From positions 32,001 to 96,000 of the forward strand of contig JBEKBM010000004.1 of the NCBI GenBank assembly GCA_050015395.1: 64,000 nt of DNA, read 5' to 3'. Each line of letters opens with the position of its first letter. Position 1 is the first letter of the stretch. Of the stretch, positions 19,648 through 30,231 are shown piece by piece. This DNA is from Candidatus Bathyarchaeia archaeon (GTDB taxonomy: Archaea > Thermoproteota > Bathyarchaeia > Bathyarchaeales > Bathycorpusculaceae). The translations under genes were made by a program, and so were the position numbers. Under the pieces are notes generated by a model. That model ran no database searches and had not been told where the DNA came from. It worked only from the letters and a program-made list of their open reading frames with translations.

Positions 19648-22449
19648 TTGAGGTTTGGCGGAGTTTATTTGGAAAAAGCTGCATCTATGCCAATTAACGA
19701 GGTCTTCGACGACCTAAGGGCATCACCCAATGGTTTGACAAGCGAAGAGGCTAAACTTCGCGTAACAAAATACGGCTACAACCAACTTTCCGAAAAAAGG
19801 CAAATACCCTTCATTCACAAATTCATCAGACACCTTCGAGACTTATTCGGCATCCTGTTGCTTGTCGCAAGCATTTTATCTTACATAAGCGGCAGTCCAG
19901 AACTTGCCTTAATCATACTTGCAGTTGTTTTCGTAAACATTTTTGTAAGCATGTTCCAAGAGTCCCGTGCAGAAAAAGCTATGGCAACCCTCAAAAGCTG
20001 GATGCCAGAGTTTGCCAAAGTAATCCGAGACGGAGAACTCAAAAAAATCTCAGTCAGAGAAATTGTCCCCGGAGACATCATATCTCTGGAAGAAGGCGAC
20101 CGTGTACCAGCGGACGCACGCTTAATTGAAGCTTTTGACTTATGGACCAATAACGTCCCCTTAACAGGCGAGTCGGAACCGCAACCGCGCGTTGCCGAAG
20201 TCGTGAAAACAGTTGAGAAAGCCTACGTGTATGCGCCAAACCTCGTTTTCATGAGCACAAGCGTCGCCAAAGGTCAAGGAAAAGCAGTTGTTTACTCAAC
20301 AGGAATGAATACCCAGTTTGGAAGAATCGCTAATTTAACTCAGACAATCCATGAAGAAGAAAGCCCGCTCCAGAAAGAAATCGCTTTAACAGCAAAGTAC
20401 GATTTCATAATTGCCGTTGCCGTTGGCGCAATATTTTTTGCCGCTAGTTTTCTTTTCTTACATGTCACTTTGGCTACAAGCATTTTCTTCATGATTGGGG
20501 TAATGGTGGCTTGCGTTCCTGAAGGGTTACAAGTCACCGTTTCCAGCGCCTTAGCCATCAACGTTCTAAAAATGGTACGGCAGAACGTTTTGGTAAAACG
20601 GTTATCAGCCGTGCAAACCTTGGGCAGCGTCACCGTAATCTGCACGGACAAGACAGGCACAATAACCAAAGGTGAAATGACTGTAAACAAGCTGTGGGTG
20701 TACGACTACGTTGTGGACGTTTCTGGCTTAGGCTATAAGCCTGAAGGCGATTTCACCGTAAACGGTCAGCTATTGCAGGAAGGTCAAACAGGTTCTCTGG
20801 AGAAGCTTATTGAGATTGCTGCACTCTGCAACGGAGCGAAGCTCGATCCTCCTTCGGATAGAAACAGAAATTGGAGTGTGATAGGTGACCCAACTGACGG
20901 CGCTTTGCTTGTTGCCGCACTTAAATCGAACGTGAACGTTCAGAATGCTTTAGATGAGAAACCGATTGTGCATGTTTTACCGTTCAGTTTTGAGCGGAAA
21001 CGCATGAGTACCGTTCACAAGCTGAACGGTGACGTTTACATTTATACAAAAGGCGCTCCAAGGAACATCCTGGACATCTGCAGCAAAGTGCTTGTTGACG
21101 GCAAAGTTGAAGAATTAAACGAAGAAAACATGACGATTATTGAATCAAGGATTCACGAGTTTGCCAATCAAGGCTTGCGAGTCATAGCTGTAGCATACAA
21201 GGAAATACCCAAAAGCACATACAACAAAGACGAAGCAGAAAAAGACCTAATTTTCGTCGGCTTGGCTGCAATGCGTGATCCTCCACGAACAGAAGTTAAA
21301 GATGCCGTTTTGGAGGCAAAGCAAGCAGGAGTGAAAACCGTAATAATCACAGGGGACTATGGTCCGACTGCGCAGGCTATTGCTCAAGAGGCTGGAATTG
21401 TCGAGCGGCAATGTTGCCAGATTATTCGCGGCGTGGACTTGGAAGATTTAAGCGACCAAGCCATCGTAAACGAAGTTCGCAAAGGCAATGTGATTTTTGC
21501 TCGTGTTTCACCTGAACAGAAACTTCGCATAGTTAAAGTGCTCAAAAAGAGCGGAGAAATCGTCGCAGTAACTGGTGACGGAGCAAACGATGCACCTTCG
21601 CTTAAGGAAGCGGACATCGGCGTTGCCATGGGTGCGTCAGGCACAGATGTGGCTCGTGAAGCCGCCGACATTGTTTTGCTCAATGATAGCTTTGCATCCA
21701 TTGTGAAAGCCATTGAGTCCGGCCGTGCAATTTATGAAAATATCCGCAAGTTTATTGTTTATGTGTTTTCGCATAACTGGGCTGAACTGATTCCGTTCAT
21801 ACTGTACGCAGTGTTAGGCATCCCTTTGCCGCTGCTTGTACCGCAAGTGTTAGCCATTGACCTTGCCATTGACGTTATTCCTTCATTGGCTTTAAGCCGT
21901 GAACCTCCTGAAGCAGGGATCATGCAGGAGCCACCTAGAAGCATCAAGGAGAGACTGTTTACCCGTAAGGTTCTGCTACGATCAGTGTTCATCGGAGTCA
22001 TCATTGCCACAGGAGCTATGATCGGGTGTCTTAACGCTTGGGCTGCGGGCGGATGGCACTTCGGAATGGCATTAACAAGTACAAGTTCATTTTACACTAG
22101 CGGAGTTTACGCCAAAGGTGTAACTATGACTTTCGCTGGCATAGTAGTAGCTCAAGCAGGCAACGTCTTAGCATGTCGAACCAGCAAGCGATCAATCTTC
22201 AAGACAAGCTTGAAAACCAACAAGTGGATAATCTTCGGCATCACCGCGCAAATCGGAATCCTCTCACTACTCATCTACCTTCCAGTAATGCAGCACATCT
22301 TCACAACAACAGCGCTCTCCCTAAGCAACTGGGCATTTCTAGTGTCACTGGCTGTAATCGTTGTTTTCGCTGAGGAAATCAGAAAGTTCTTCAGTCGCAA
22401 ATTCACTAAAACCAGTGCTGAAGCACTTAAGCTGCATGACCACACTTAA
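19648..22449 (+). CDS. Cation-transporting P-type ATPase (P2 type)
   Basis: TGES, VPEGL, DKTGT, KGAP, TGDGANDAP. Confidence 0.93.
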   Translation: MRFGGVYLEKAASMPINEVFDDLRASPNGLTSEEAKLRVTKYGYNQLSEKRQIPFIHKFIRHLRDLFGILLLVASILSYISGSPELALIILAVVFVNIFVSMFQESRAEKAMATLKSWMPEFAKVIRDGELKKISVREIVPGDIISLEEGDRVPADARLIEAFDLWTNNVPLTGESEPQPRVAEVVKTVEKAYVYAPNLVFMSTSVAKGQGKAVVYSTGMNTQFGRIANLTQTIHEEESPLQKEIALTAKYDFIIAVAVGAIFFAASFLFLHVTLATSIFFMIGVMVACVPEGLQVTVSSALAINVLKMVRQNVLVKRLSAVQTLGSVTVICTDKTGTITKGEMTVNKLWVYDYVVDVSGLGYKPEGDFTVNGQLLQEGQTGSLEKLIEIAALCNGAKLDPPSDRNRNWSVIGDPTDGALLVAALKSNVNVQNALDEKPIVHVLPFSFERKRMSTVHKLNGDVYIYTKGAPRNILDICSKVLVDGKVEELNEENMTIIESRIHEFANQGLRVIAVAYKEIPKSTYNKDEAEKDLIFVGLAAMRDPPRTEVKDAVLEAKQAGVKTVIITGDYGPTAQAIAQEAGIVERQCCQIIRGVDLEDLSDQAIVNEVRKGNVIFARVSPEQKLRIVKVLKKSGEIVAVTGDGANDAPSLKEADIGVAMGASGTDVAREAADIVLLNDSFASIVKAIESGRAIYENIRKFIVYVFSHNWAELIPFILYAVLGIPLPLLVPQVLAIDLAIDVIPSLALSREPPEAGIMQEPPRSIKERLFTRKVLLRSVFIGVIIATGAMIGCLNAWAAGGWHFGMALTSTSSFYTSGVYAKGVTMTFAGIVVAQAGNVLACRTSKRSIFKTSLKTNKWIIFGITAQIGILSLLIYLPVMQHIFTTTALSLSNWAFLVSLAVIVVFAEEIRKFFSRKFTKTSAEALKLHDHT

Positions 22450-22561
22450 ACGGATATGCATAGCCGTAGTATATGCAATTAGTGGTTGATTGTAGCTTTT
22501 AACGTAACTCTCTTGGCATTTCTTGAAAGGTTTTTATTAGGTCAGCGGCAATGTAGATTTA

Positions 22562-23449
22562 ATGTCGGGCAAACAATTTTTCATAGACCGCTACGCAGAA
22601 CTTGGCTGGAAATTTAAGGAAACAGAGCTCAGGCAATCAATACGGATAAACAAAACAAACGCTAAAAGCAAAAACCTCCCGGAAAGGCTCCATAGTTTAG
22701 GAGTTGCGCTTGAGAAAATACCCTTTTTGCCAGAGGGGTATTGGATAGCCAAATCAAAGGTTTCAGCTGGCGCCACAGCCGAATACCTGCTTGGCATGTA
22801 CTCTATTCAGGAGGCAGCCGCGCAAATTCCCGCCACACTCTTCACCGCATTGCACGGCAAAATGGTGCTGGATGGATGTGCGGCGCCAGGAGGAAAAACC
22901 GTTCAACTTGCCGACCTCATGGAGAATAGCGGTGCCATAATAGCCTTAGATGCGAGTAAGCAGCGGTTAGTGGTGATGGCAAACCATTTAGAGCGTTGCC
23001 ACGTCAGCAACACAATCATCTATAATCTAGATGCACGGCAAGCCACAAAACTGAACCGCACGTTTAACCGCATACTGTTGGATGTTCCCTGCTCAGGCAA
23101 CTTCGCTTCTGACAGCCAATGGTTTTACCGAAGAACACTCGCCGACCTAGAGCAGAACTCGAAGGTGCAACGGGAAATTCTATCTGAGGCTGTAAAATGT
23201 TTAGCGTCAGAAGGCGAAATGGTTTATTCTACCTGTTCGCTGGAGCCCGAGGAAGACGAGTTAAACATGGATTGGGCTGTCAAAAACTTGGGGCTGCAGA
23301 TTCAGCACATTGATTGTATTGGGGTAAATGGGTTAACTGAGGTTTTTGGCAGAAAACTTGACTCTCAAGTTGCCAATTGCAGAAGAATCTGGCCTGAGAA
23401 AACACAGGGTTTCTTTGTATGTAAACTAAGAAAGGTGCCAGTGCAATGA
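22562..23449 (+). CDS. RsmB/NOP2 family RNA m5C methyltransferase
   Basis: DGCAAPGGKT, LLDVPCSG, YSTCS, TQGFF. Confidence 0.92.
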   Translation: MSGKQFFIDRYAELGWKFKETELRQSIRINKTNAKSKNLPERLHSLGVALEKIPFLPEGYWIAKSKVSAGATAEYLLGMYSIQEAAAQIPATLFTALHGKMVLDGCAAPGGKTVQLADLMENSGAIIALDASKQRLVVMANHLERCHVSNTIIYNLDARQATKLNRTFNRILLDVPCSGNFASDSQWFYRRTLADLEQNSKVQREILSEAVKCLASEGEMVYSTCSLEPEEDELNMDWAVKNLGLQIQHIDCIGVNGLTEVFGRKLDSQVANCRRIWPEKTQGFFVCKLRKVPVQ

Positions 23450-23922
23450 GACCGTATGAAGTTTTTGCTTCTCGTTTTGGAGCCAAAGTCGCCTTTAACT
23501 CCCAGTTTATACTCGAAAAGAGCCAACGTTATTATCTTTTGAATCCTCGCCTGAAAAAAGTTGGGCAAGAGGACTTTTTTTATGCTGGCTTGTACCTTGG
23601 CAAAGTGGGCAAGAACGGGGGTTTCTTTCCAAGCTTCAACCTGTTGAATATGCTTGTGGATGTAGCAGCGAATAAAATTGTGGTTGATCGGAAGGCGGCT
23701 TGGCTTTTCATCTGCGGAAGAGATGTTTTTCGAACGGGAATAGTGAAGGTGATGGGGTCTAAACGTAAGGGCGATGCTGCTTTGGTGCTTAATGAGTTCG
23801 GTGAATGTCTTGGCTTTGGCTCGATAATGGATATTTTAAATGAGTCGGAGGGAAAGGTTGCAGTTAAAAACGTGTTAGATATTGGGGATTTTCTGCGAAG
23901 AGAAACAAGAGGAAAATTCTAG
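23446..23922 (+). CDS. NIP7-like PUA-domain ribosome biogenesis protein
   Basis: LFICGRDV, ECLGFG, DIGDFLRRE; coupled to the NOP2 gene. Confidence 0.8.
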   Translation: MRPYEVFASRFGAKVAFNSQFILEKSQRYYLLNPRLKKVGQEDFFYAGLYLGKVGKNGGFFPSFNLLNMLVDVAANKIVVDRKAAWLFICGRDVFRTGIVKVMGSKRKGDAALVLNEFGECLGFGSIMDILNESEGKVAVKNVLDIGDFLRRETRGKF

Positions 23923-24091
23923 CTTTTCCATATTCAATAAATCTTTCAGTTTGTGTGAACGCATCTAATTTTTAAATCAGCTTGATTGCCTTAGAAAATT
24001 CGTTTTGCATAGTGAACGTTTATTCAAACATTTTGGGGATAAGCTTATATATGTTTACGTTTTAAGTGGATTCTAAAACATATGATTTAAT

Positions 24092-25564
24092 ATGGTGAAA
24101 GTCATGGATGAACAAGTAAAGAAAGCAATTGAAACTCTCAAAGCAAATAATATTCGATGGGTGCATTCGGCATTTGTCGATGTTCGAGGTATACTTCAAG
24201 ACATGGTTTTGCCTGCAAGAGAATATCTGAGCGGTGCAGCCTTCACTGAAGGTGTAGGCTTCGACGGATCCTCAGTGCGCGGCTTCAAGTCAATTGAAGA
24301 ATCAGACATGATTTTTATGCCAGACGCAAAGACACTCGCCATCATGCCCTGGGTAACTGATGAAGCTCAAAAAAGCGCAATCATACTCGGTGACGCTTTG
24401 GAGGCTTTCGGCGGAAAAGAGCCTTCTGTTGTCTGCCCAAGAGGTTACGTAGCAAAAAGAGCTATAAAAGCAGCTAAAGACATGGGATACACTGGAATTT
24501 TCGCTCCTGAACTTGAACACTTCGTCTTCTCCTCAATTGATCCAACTAAGCTGACATGGGACCTTTGGGTTAGCCCAAAAGGCGGCGAAGGAGACTCATG
24601 GGGTGCACCACGCGTTGTGCCTAATTCCCAAGAAATAACCCCTGGTGGCTTCGTCCTAAGACCCAAAGAAGCCTACTACCGAACCCCGCCTGAAGACACA
24701 ACCGTCGAATACAGAAACGAAGTCTCGCAGGTACTTGAAGACAACTTTGGATTAACAATTGAGAAACATCACCATGAAGTAGCCACAGTCGGACAAGTAG
24801 AAATCGACTATAAATACGGAGAACTCCTTGACACAGCTGACAGAGCAATATACTACAAGTTTGTCGCTAAAAACATCGCGAAAAAACACGGTTTAATCGC
24901 CACATTCATGCCAAAACCAATCTATCTAGACAATGCAAGCGGTATGCACGTCCACTCAAGCATATGGAAGGACGGCAAAAACGCAATGTATGACGGAGAA
25001 GATGACTACGCAGAACTCAGCCAAATAGGCAGATACTACGTTGGAGGCATACTTGCCCACGCTAAAGCCTTAACTGCAGTGTGTTGTCCAACTGTCAGCA
25101 GTTACAAGCGACTTGTGCCAGGCTTCGAAGCTCCAATATACGTCATGTGGTCCAGAGCTAACAGGTCTGCACTCGCGCGCATTCCTATGTACTATAAAGG
25201 TCCTTCGCATGCAGCACAAAAGCGTGTTGAATATCGAGGCGTAGATCCATCATGCAACCCATACCTAGCATTCGCATGCATCATGATGGCTGGTTTTGAC
25301 GGAATCAAAAAGAAGATTGATCCAGGCGATCCGGTTGACGAAGACGTTTACAAACTCAGCAAAGCAAAACGCAAAGAGCTAGGCATAAAAGAACTCCCGA
25401 CAACGCTCAAAGGCGCGTTAGATGAAATGGAAAGCGACGAAGTCATAAAAGAAACCTTGGGCATCCATGTTTTCGACGCGTTCATTGAGCTGAAAACAAA
25501 CGATTGGAACCAGTACTGCCTGTACGTTTCACCTTGGGAAATAATGAAGTACCTCGACTATTAA
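24092..25564 (+). CDS. glnA: Type I glutamine synthetase
   Basis: FDGSS, PELE, HHEVA, FMPKP, SGMHVH, KRLVPGFEAP, NRSA, EYR, NPYL. Confidence 0.95.
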   Translation: MVKVMDEQVKKAIETLKANNIRWVHSAFVDVRGILQDMVLPAREYLSGAAFTEGVGFDGSSVRGFKSIEESDMIFMPDAKTLAIMPWVTDEAQKSAIILGDALEAFGGKEPSVVCPRGYVAKRAIKAAKDMGYTGIFAPELEHFVFSSIDPTKLTWDLWVSPKGGEGDSWGAPRVVPNSQEITPGGFVLRPKEAYYRTPPEDTTVEYRNEVSQVLEDNFGLTIEKHHHEVATVGQVEIDYKYGELLDTADRAIYYKFVAKNIAKKHGLIATFMPKPIYLDNASGMHVHSSIWKDGKNAMYDGEDDYAELSQIGRYYVGGILAHAKALTAVCCPTVSSYKRLVPGFEAPIYVMWSRANRSALARIPMYYKGPSHAAQKRVEYRGVDPSCNPYLAFACIMMAGFDGIKKKIDPGDPVDEDVYKLSKAKRKELGIKELPTTLKGALDEMESDEVIKETLGIHVFDAFIELKTNDWNQYCLYVSPWEIMKYLDY

Positions 25565-25792
25565 GTTGAAGTATTTCTACTTCTTCTCTTTCTTTTAGCA
25601 TCTAAACTCGCATAAAATAAAGTAAATGTTTTCTAAACTCCAAGAAAGCTTTGGATTCTTCTCTAAAGCAATGAGTCTCATCAAATTGGCATATACAAGT
25701 AATAATGCGGCTCTAATCGTTGGCTTTGTAAAGTTATATTTTTTTTAAATTCTCTTTTTCTGAAGGAGGGAAAAATAAAAGTAAAAAAAGGT

Positions 25793-26104
25793 TTAGGCCA
25801 GTGTCTCTTCAAGGTCGGCTTCTTGTTTGTGTTGTGTTTCGGTTTTTTGTGTTTCTATTTCTTTTTCGGTTTCTGATTTTAGTGCGCGTGAGATAAGGAA
25901 TGCCACTGCGAATGAAAGAACGGCGGCGACTAGGAACGGCAACATTGCTGTTACGACGCTATATTCAAATAAGCTCGTAGGAGCGGCTGACGAATACAGT
26001 ACCTTACTCAATTCGTAACTTATTACTCCGGCCAATACCGTAAAAACTATGAATATTATGCCGGATACATTGGCGATTTTGTTTATGATTCTCCAGTTAT
26101 TCAT
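25793..26104 (-). CDS. Small two-TM membrane protein
   Basis: Two hydrophobic helices, acidic tail, GGTGA SD. Confidence 0.65.
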   Translation of the reverse strand: MNNWRIINKIANVSGIIFIVFTVLAGVISYELSKVLYSSAAPTSLFEYSVVTAMLPFLVAAVLSFAVAFLISRALKSETEKEIETQKTETQHKQEADLEETLA

Positions 26105-26413
26105 TTGTTTTCACCAGTTATCCTCTGTTTATGTCTTCTTTCCTTTTAAATAATTGCTTTTTCAAGTTGAAACTGTTCTATCTTAAAAATGGGTCGCAGT
26201 CCTTAAGTAAATTGAAGTAGGAGCGGGTTGGTCTGGGGGATTCGAGGTTGGAGCAAAATTGTGGTTAATTATGAAAATTTTATCAATTACTTAAATTTAA
26301 GCAATTAAACAATTTTCACATAAGTATTTCATTAAACGTTAAATATATTTATGCTTAAACACCTATTAAATAAACAGTTAATCAAACGCTAAATAACAGG
26401 TGAAAAGAATAAA

Positions 26414-27778
26414 ATGAGAAACTTCAAAGACGCAACATGGAAGGAAAACGTAACAAAAGTAATTCAAGAAATACGTGAACAAGAAATTAAATTCATCAGA
26501 CTTCAATTCACAGACATAAATGGTATGTTAAAGAATTTAGCTGTAAGCTCAAAAAACATTGAGTCAATATTTGAAAACGGCCAATCTTTCGATGGGTCCT
26601 CCATAACGGGCTACAGGCCTATCGAAGAATCAGACATGGTGCTGTTCCCCGACCCGACAACCTTCGCGGTTCTGCCTTGGCGACCCAAAGAAAAATCTTC
26701 TGCGAGGCTGCTCTGCGACATTTACACTCCGCAAAACAAGCGTTTTGAAGGGGACCCACGGTACGTTCTTGAGCGAGCCATTGAAAAAGCGTCCAAAGCA
26801 GGCTACACGTTCATTTGTGCTCCAGAATTAGAATTTTTTATAGTTAAAGAAAGCGAAACTGGCGGCTTGCCAACGCCCATAGACATGGCAGGCTACTTCG
26901 ATTTTCATCCTGGCGACTTAACAGACGACCTTAGACGGGAGATAGCTGATACTGCTGAAGCCTTCGGTATAGAAATAGAAATTTCGCATCATGAAGTTGC
27001 ATTGGGACAAAACGAAATCGATTTCAAATATGATGAGGCATTAAAAACAGCTGATAGAACCATTACTATGAAAATGTGCGGAAAAGTAGTCGGTGCAAGA
27101 AACGGTTACGTCACCACGTACATGCCTAAACCGTTCCCTGGCATAAATGGTTCAGGAATGCATACTCATCAAAGCCTCTGGAGCAAGAATGTGACACAAA
27201 ACCTCTTTTACGCAGATGACGAAAAAAACGGTTACTTATCAGACTTAGCAAGAAACTTCATCGGCGGACAATTAGCTCACGGACGCAAAATGTGCGCAAT
27301 TCTTGATTCATGGCCAAACAGTTTCAAACGATTAGTCCCCGGCTACGAAGCACCAGTATATCTTGCTTGGGCACACAAAAACCGCTCACCGCTTATCCGT
27401 GTACCAAACTTTGGCGGAAGGAAAAACGCTGCCAGATGCGAAATCCGCTGCCCAGACGGAGCAGGAAACCCATATCTGCAATTTGCAGTGCTCCTCGCGA
27501 CTGGTTTGGATGGTATCAAGAACAGGATTGACCCTGGCGAACCAGTGGAATTAAACGTTTACCAAATGACCTATGAAGAGCGCAAAGACCGAAACATCGT
27601 CTCACTGCCAGAATCATTACAAGAAGCACTTGATGAGCTGGAAACCAGCGATTTGATGCGTGAAACACTGGGCGAAACCGCATTCGAAAATTTCCTGCGT
27701 GAAAAACGCAAAGAATGGGACCTCTACCGCACGCAAGTAACCGAGTGGGAAGTCAACCGCTACATCAAACGACTCTAA
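26414..27778 (+). CDS. glnA: Second glutamine synthetase family protein (GSI-alpha-like)
   Basis: LQFTD, FDGSS, APELEFF, HHEVA.GQNEID, GSGMH, KRLVPGYEAP, NRS, EIR. Confidence 0.9.
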   Translation: MRNFKDATWKENVTKVIQEIREQEIKFIRLQFTDINGMLKNLAVSSKNIESIFENGQSFDGSSITGYRPIEESDMVLFPDPTTFAVLPWRPKEKSSARLLCDIYTPQNKRFEGDPRYVLERAIEKASKAGYTFICAPELEFFIVKESETGGLPTPIDMAGYFDFHPGDLTDDLRREIADTAEAFGIEIEISHHEVALGQNEIDFKYDEALKTADRTITMKMCGKVVGARNGYVTTYMPKPFPGINGSGMHTHQSLWSKNVTQNLFYADDEKNGYLSDLARNFIGGQLAHGRKMCAILDSWPNSFKRLVPGYEAPVYLAWAHKNRSPLIRVPNFGGRKNAARCEIRCPDGAGNPYLQFAVLLATGLDGIKNRIDPGEPVELNVYQMTYEERKDRNIVSLPESLQEALDELETSDLMRETLGETAFENFLREKRKEWDLYRTQVTEWEVNRYIKRL

Positions 27779-27834
27779 GCCTAAGGGCTTTCTTTCCTTT
27801 CTTTATTTTTGGCTTCTGTATGTGTTTTAGCTGT

Positions 27835-27992
27835 CGGCTTTTTGTGTTAGGATATTTGTGTGTGCTCAATAGACCCTCCCGGTCTACTAGATGCTTCTAA
27901 TATGCTTCAAATATGATTCAACATAGTTCAACATAGACTCAATGCCCGCACTTTTCATGTAGATTAATGCTTTTTCAACATACTGAGAATAG
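27835..27992 (+). repeat. Dispersed non-coding element, copy A (homologous to 58806-58966 on the minus strand)
   Basis: Core CGGTCTACTAGATG...TATGATTCAACATAGTTCAACATAGA..AAT.CCCGCACTTT; about 63/76 identical ungapped to copy B by hand alignment. Confidence 0.85.
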
Positions 27993-28023
27993 CAGAATCA
28001 CTAACCAGCATGAAACTAAGTGC

Positions 28024-29298
28024 CTAACTTTTAATTTTTTCAACCAGCTCTTTAATGGGAACGATTGTTTGTTCCCGTTTAGCTAAATTCCTCAGCACCA
28101 CAGCGCCCTCTTTTAGCTCGCGTTCGCCGACAATTACTGCAAAATCAGCTTGCCGCCTGTCAGCATCCTCCAAAGCTTTAGCCATCTTGCGGCCCATAAT
28201 TTCAAACTCAACAATAACGCCTGAGCTTCTGAGCATTTGAGCAATTTTTAACGCCTCAACCTTCAAGGCGTCATTCGCTGCAAGAACAAGAACCCTTTTC
28301 TCAACCTTACCTGCAAGGGTTGCTTTCTGGGTTTGCAATGCAAGCGCAACCCTGTCAATCCCGTGCGCACAACCAACCGCTGGCGTGGGTTCGCCGCCGA
28401 ACAATTCGATAAGCCTATCGTACCTGCCCCCGCCACCCAAGGCAATGTCCAGTTGCGGAATGTACACTTCAAAAACCATGCCCGTGTAATACTCTAAGCC
28501 CCTGGCGAATGCGGGCTCAACAACCTGCACAGGGCACCCGCTCTCCACCACAAGCTTAAGCACGTCACCGAGGTTTTCCACGGCAGCCTTAGCCTTCTCG
28601 TAACCAGCCACGTAACTTTTTATTTTCTCAACCGTCTCAAAACAGTCATCGCTTTTCAGCTGCAGTAATCCTTCAAGCATACCGCGGCATCGGTCTGTTG
28701 GCGCCAGCTTGAAAGCTTCCTCGTACTCTTTCTTATCCATGCGTTGCAAAATCGCGTTCTGGGTTTTTTCGTCCACGCCTTCTTGGCTAAGAATGCCGCG
28801 TATTACGCCTATTTGTCCTATTTTGAATGCGTAGCCCTGCAAACCCAAAGTTTTCATTAAACTGTTTGTTAGCAATATGATTTCTGCGTCTGCCTCTGGC
28901 CTGCCTGAGCCCATTAATTCAAAGTTTGACTGCCAAAACTCCCTATACCGCCCACGCTGCGGCTCGTCATAGCGGTAAACGTTGCCCACAGAAAACAGCC
29001 TCAACGGTTTAGGCTCGTTTTTTAGGGCTGTAGTTGCTAAGCGTGCAATTGAAGCGGTAAATTCAGGACGCAGTGCCACTTGTCGGTCGCCGAGGTCTTT
29101 GAAAATGAACATACGCTGCCGAATCTCTTCTCCAGATTTGGCGCTTAAAAGCTCAAGCGGCTCAACAACTGGCGTTATGGCTTCTTTGTAACCGTAAAGC
29201 GCCGCGGTCTCACGGGCTTTGCTGATTATGTATGTGAAGGCTTGGGCTTCTTCACCAAGTAAATCTCTCATTCCGCGAACGGTTTGGAAAGCTGGCAT
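28024..29298 (-). CDS. hisS: Histidine--tRNA ligase
   Basis: RGMRD, LRPEFTA, RYDEPQRGRYREFWQ, RGLEYYTG, GGGRYD. Confidence 0.97.
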   Translation of the reverse strand: MPAFQTVRGMRDLLGEEAQAFTYIISKARETAALYGYKEAITPVVEPLELLSAKSGEEIRQRMFIFKDLGDRQVALRPEFTASIARLATTALKNEPKPLRLFSVGNVYRYDEPQRGRYREFWQSNFELMGSGRPEADAEIILLTNSLMKTLGLQGYAFKIGQIGVIRGILSQEGVDEKTQNAILQRMDKKEYEEAFKLAPTDRCRGMLEGLLQLKSDDCFETVEKIKSYVAGYEKAKAAVENLGDVLKLVVESGCPVQVVEPAFARGLEYYTGMVFEVYIPQLDIALGGGGRYDRLIELFGGEPTPAVGCAHGIDRVALALQTQKATLAGKVEKRVLVLAANDALKVEALKIAQMLRSSGVIVEFEIMGRKMAKALEDADRRQADFAVIVGERELKEGAVVLRNLAKREQTIVPIKELVEKIKS

Positions 29299-29498
29299 AA
29301 TTTTTTCTCTTCCTTGCTTAAGAAGGCGTAATTATTCTTTTAAACTCTAGCTAACAGGTAAGCCAATGTTTGCACTTAAAACCTAAAAGGGATAATTGAT
29401 ATCTAACTTTTCCTATTTTCCGCTTCTCAAGTGGTCCTTCTATTTTCAGGGAAAAGGTTGAAAGCGAGAAGCTAAGATGTTACTTTGTCGGACGCCTG

Positions 29499-30077
29499 AT
29501 GATTGACACGTTCTATTTGCATTTAGAATTCACAAACAAAAAATCTGCATGGTCAATTAACCTGCCTTTTTTGTGCAACAAATGTGGTGTCTGTTGCACA
29601 CTGGAAGATTTCTTGACTACTGGAGAAATCAACGCCAAACCTGAAGAGCACCGTGAAGTCCACGCCAAAATCAAAGCCCTCTTCGAAGAGCTCGGCAAAA
29701 TGTGGGAAGCAGACGAAGCAAAATACGACGTCTACATTGCGCATACCCCCTGCCCATTCCTGATTAACAATGCCTGCTCCATCTACGAAATTCGATCTGA
29801 CGGCTGTCGACTTTTTCCTAAAACAGCCTTCGGCATGGAAACAGAAGATTGTGAACCCCTCACCCGATTCAAAAAACAGCGTGTAGCCCTGAAAAAGGGC
29901 AGGGCTCATAAAGAAACTTATCACTTTACCAGCTCAACCAAAAGTGATGAACCCATCAAACCTGCAAAGTTCACCGAAAAAAAATACGAAGTCTGCATCG
30001 CCAAACTACGCCAAGCAGGCATAACAGACGACGAGCTAACCCTCTTCAAATACTTCAACGAAAAAAACACAGAATAA
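29499..30077 (+). CDS. YkgJ/UPF0153 cysteine-cluster protein
   Basis: CNKCGVCC, CPFL..NACSIYEIRSDGCRLFP. Confidence 0.8.
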   Translation: MIDTFYLHLEFTNKKSAWSINLPFLCNKCGVCCTLEDFLTTGEINAKPEEHREVHAKIKALFEELGKMWEADEAKYDVYIAHTPCPFLINNACSIYEIRSDGCRLFPKTAFGMETEDCEPLTRFKKQRVALKKGRAHKETYHFTSSTKSDEPIKPAKFTEKKYEVCIAKLRQAGITDDELTLFKYFNEKNTE

Positions 30078-30231
30078 CCTGTTGTTTCTAATTCAAGCAG
30101 CATCACTCCAACCTAACGGTGCCAGCATAAGGCAAGACAAACAAACCCACGAACCTTTGAAGCAGGCTACACTAAAAACCCAAATATGCTTTTGGCAAGT
30201 TTTTAAAAGCAAGTTTGCCTCAATCAATGGT

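Noticed and set aside
16720-22373. Antisense ORFs overlapping EF-2 and the P-type ATPase (and similar ones over other genes)
   Set aside because: Shadow frames of well-supported genes with no motifs of their own.
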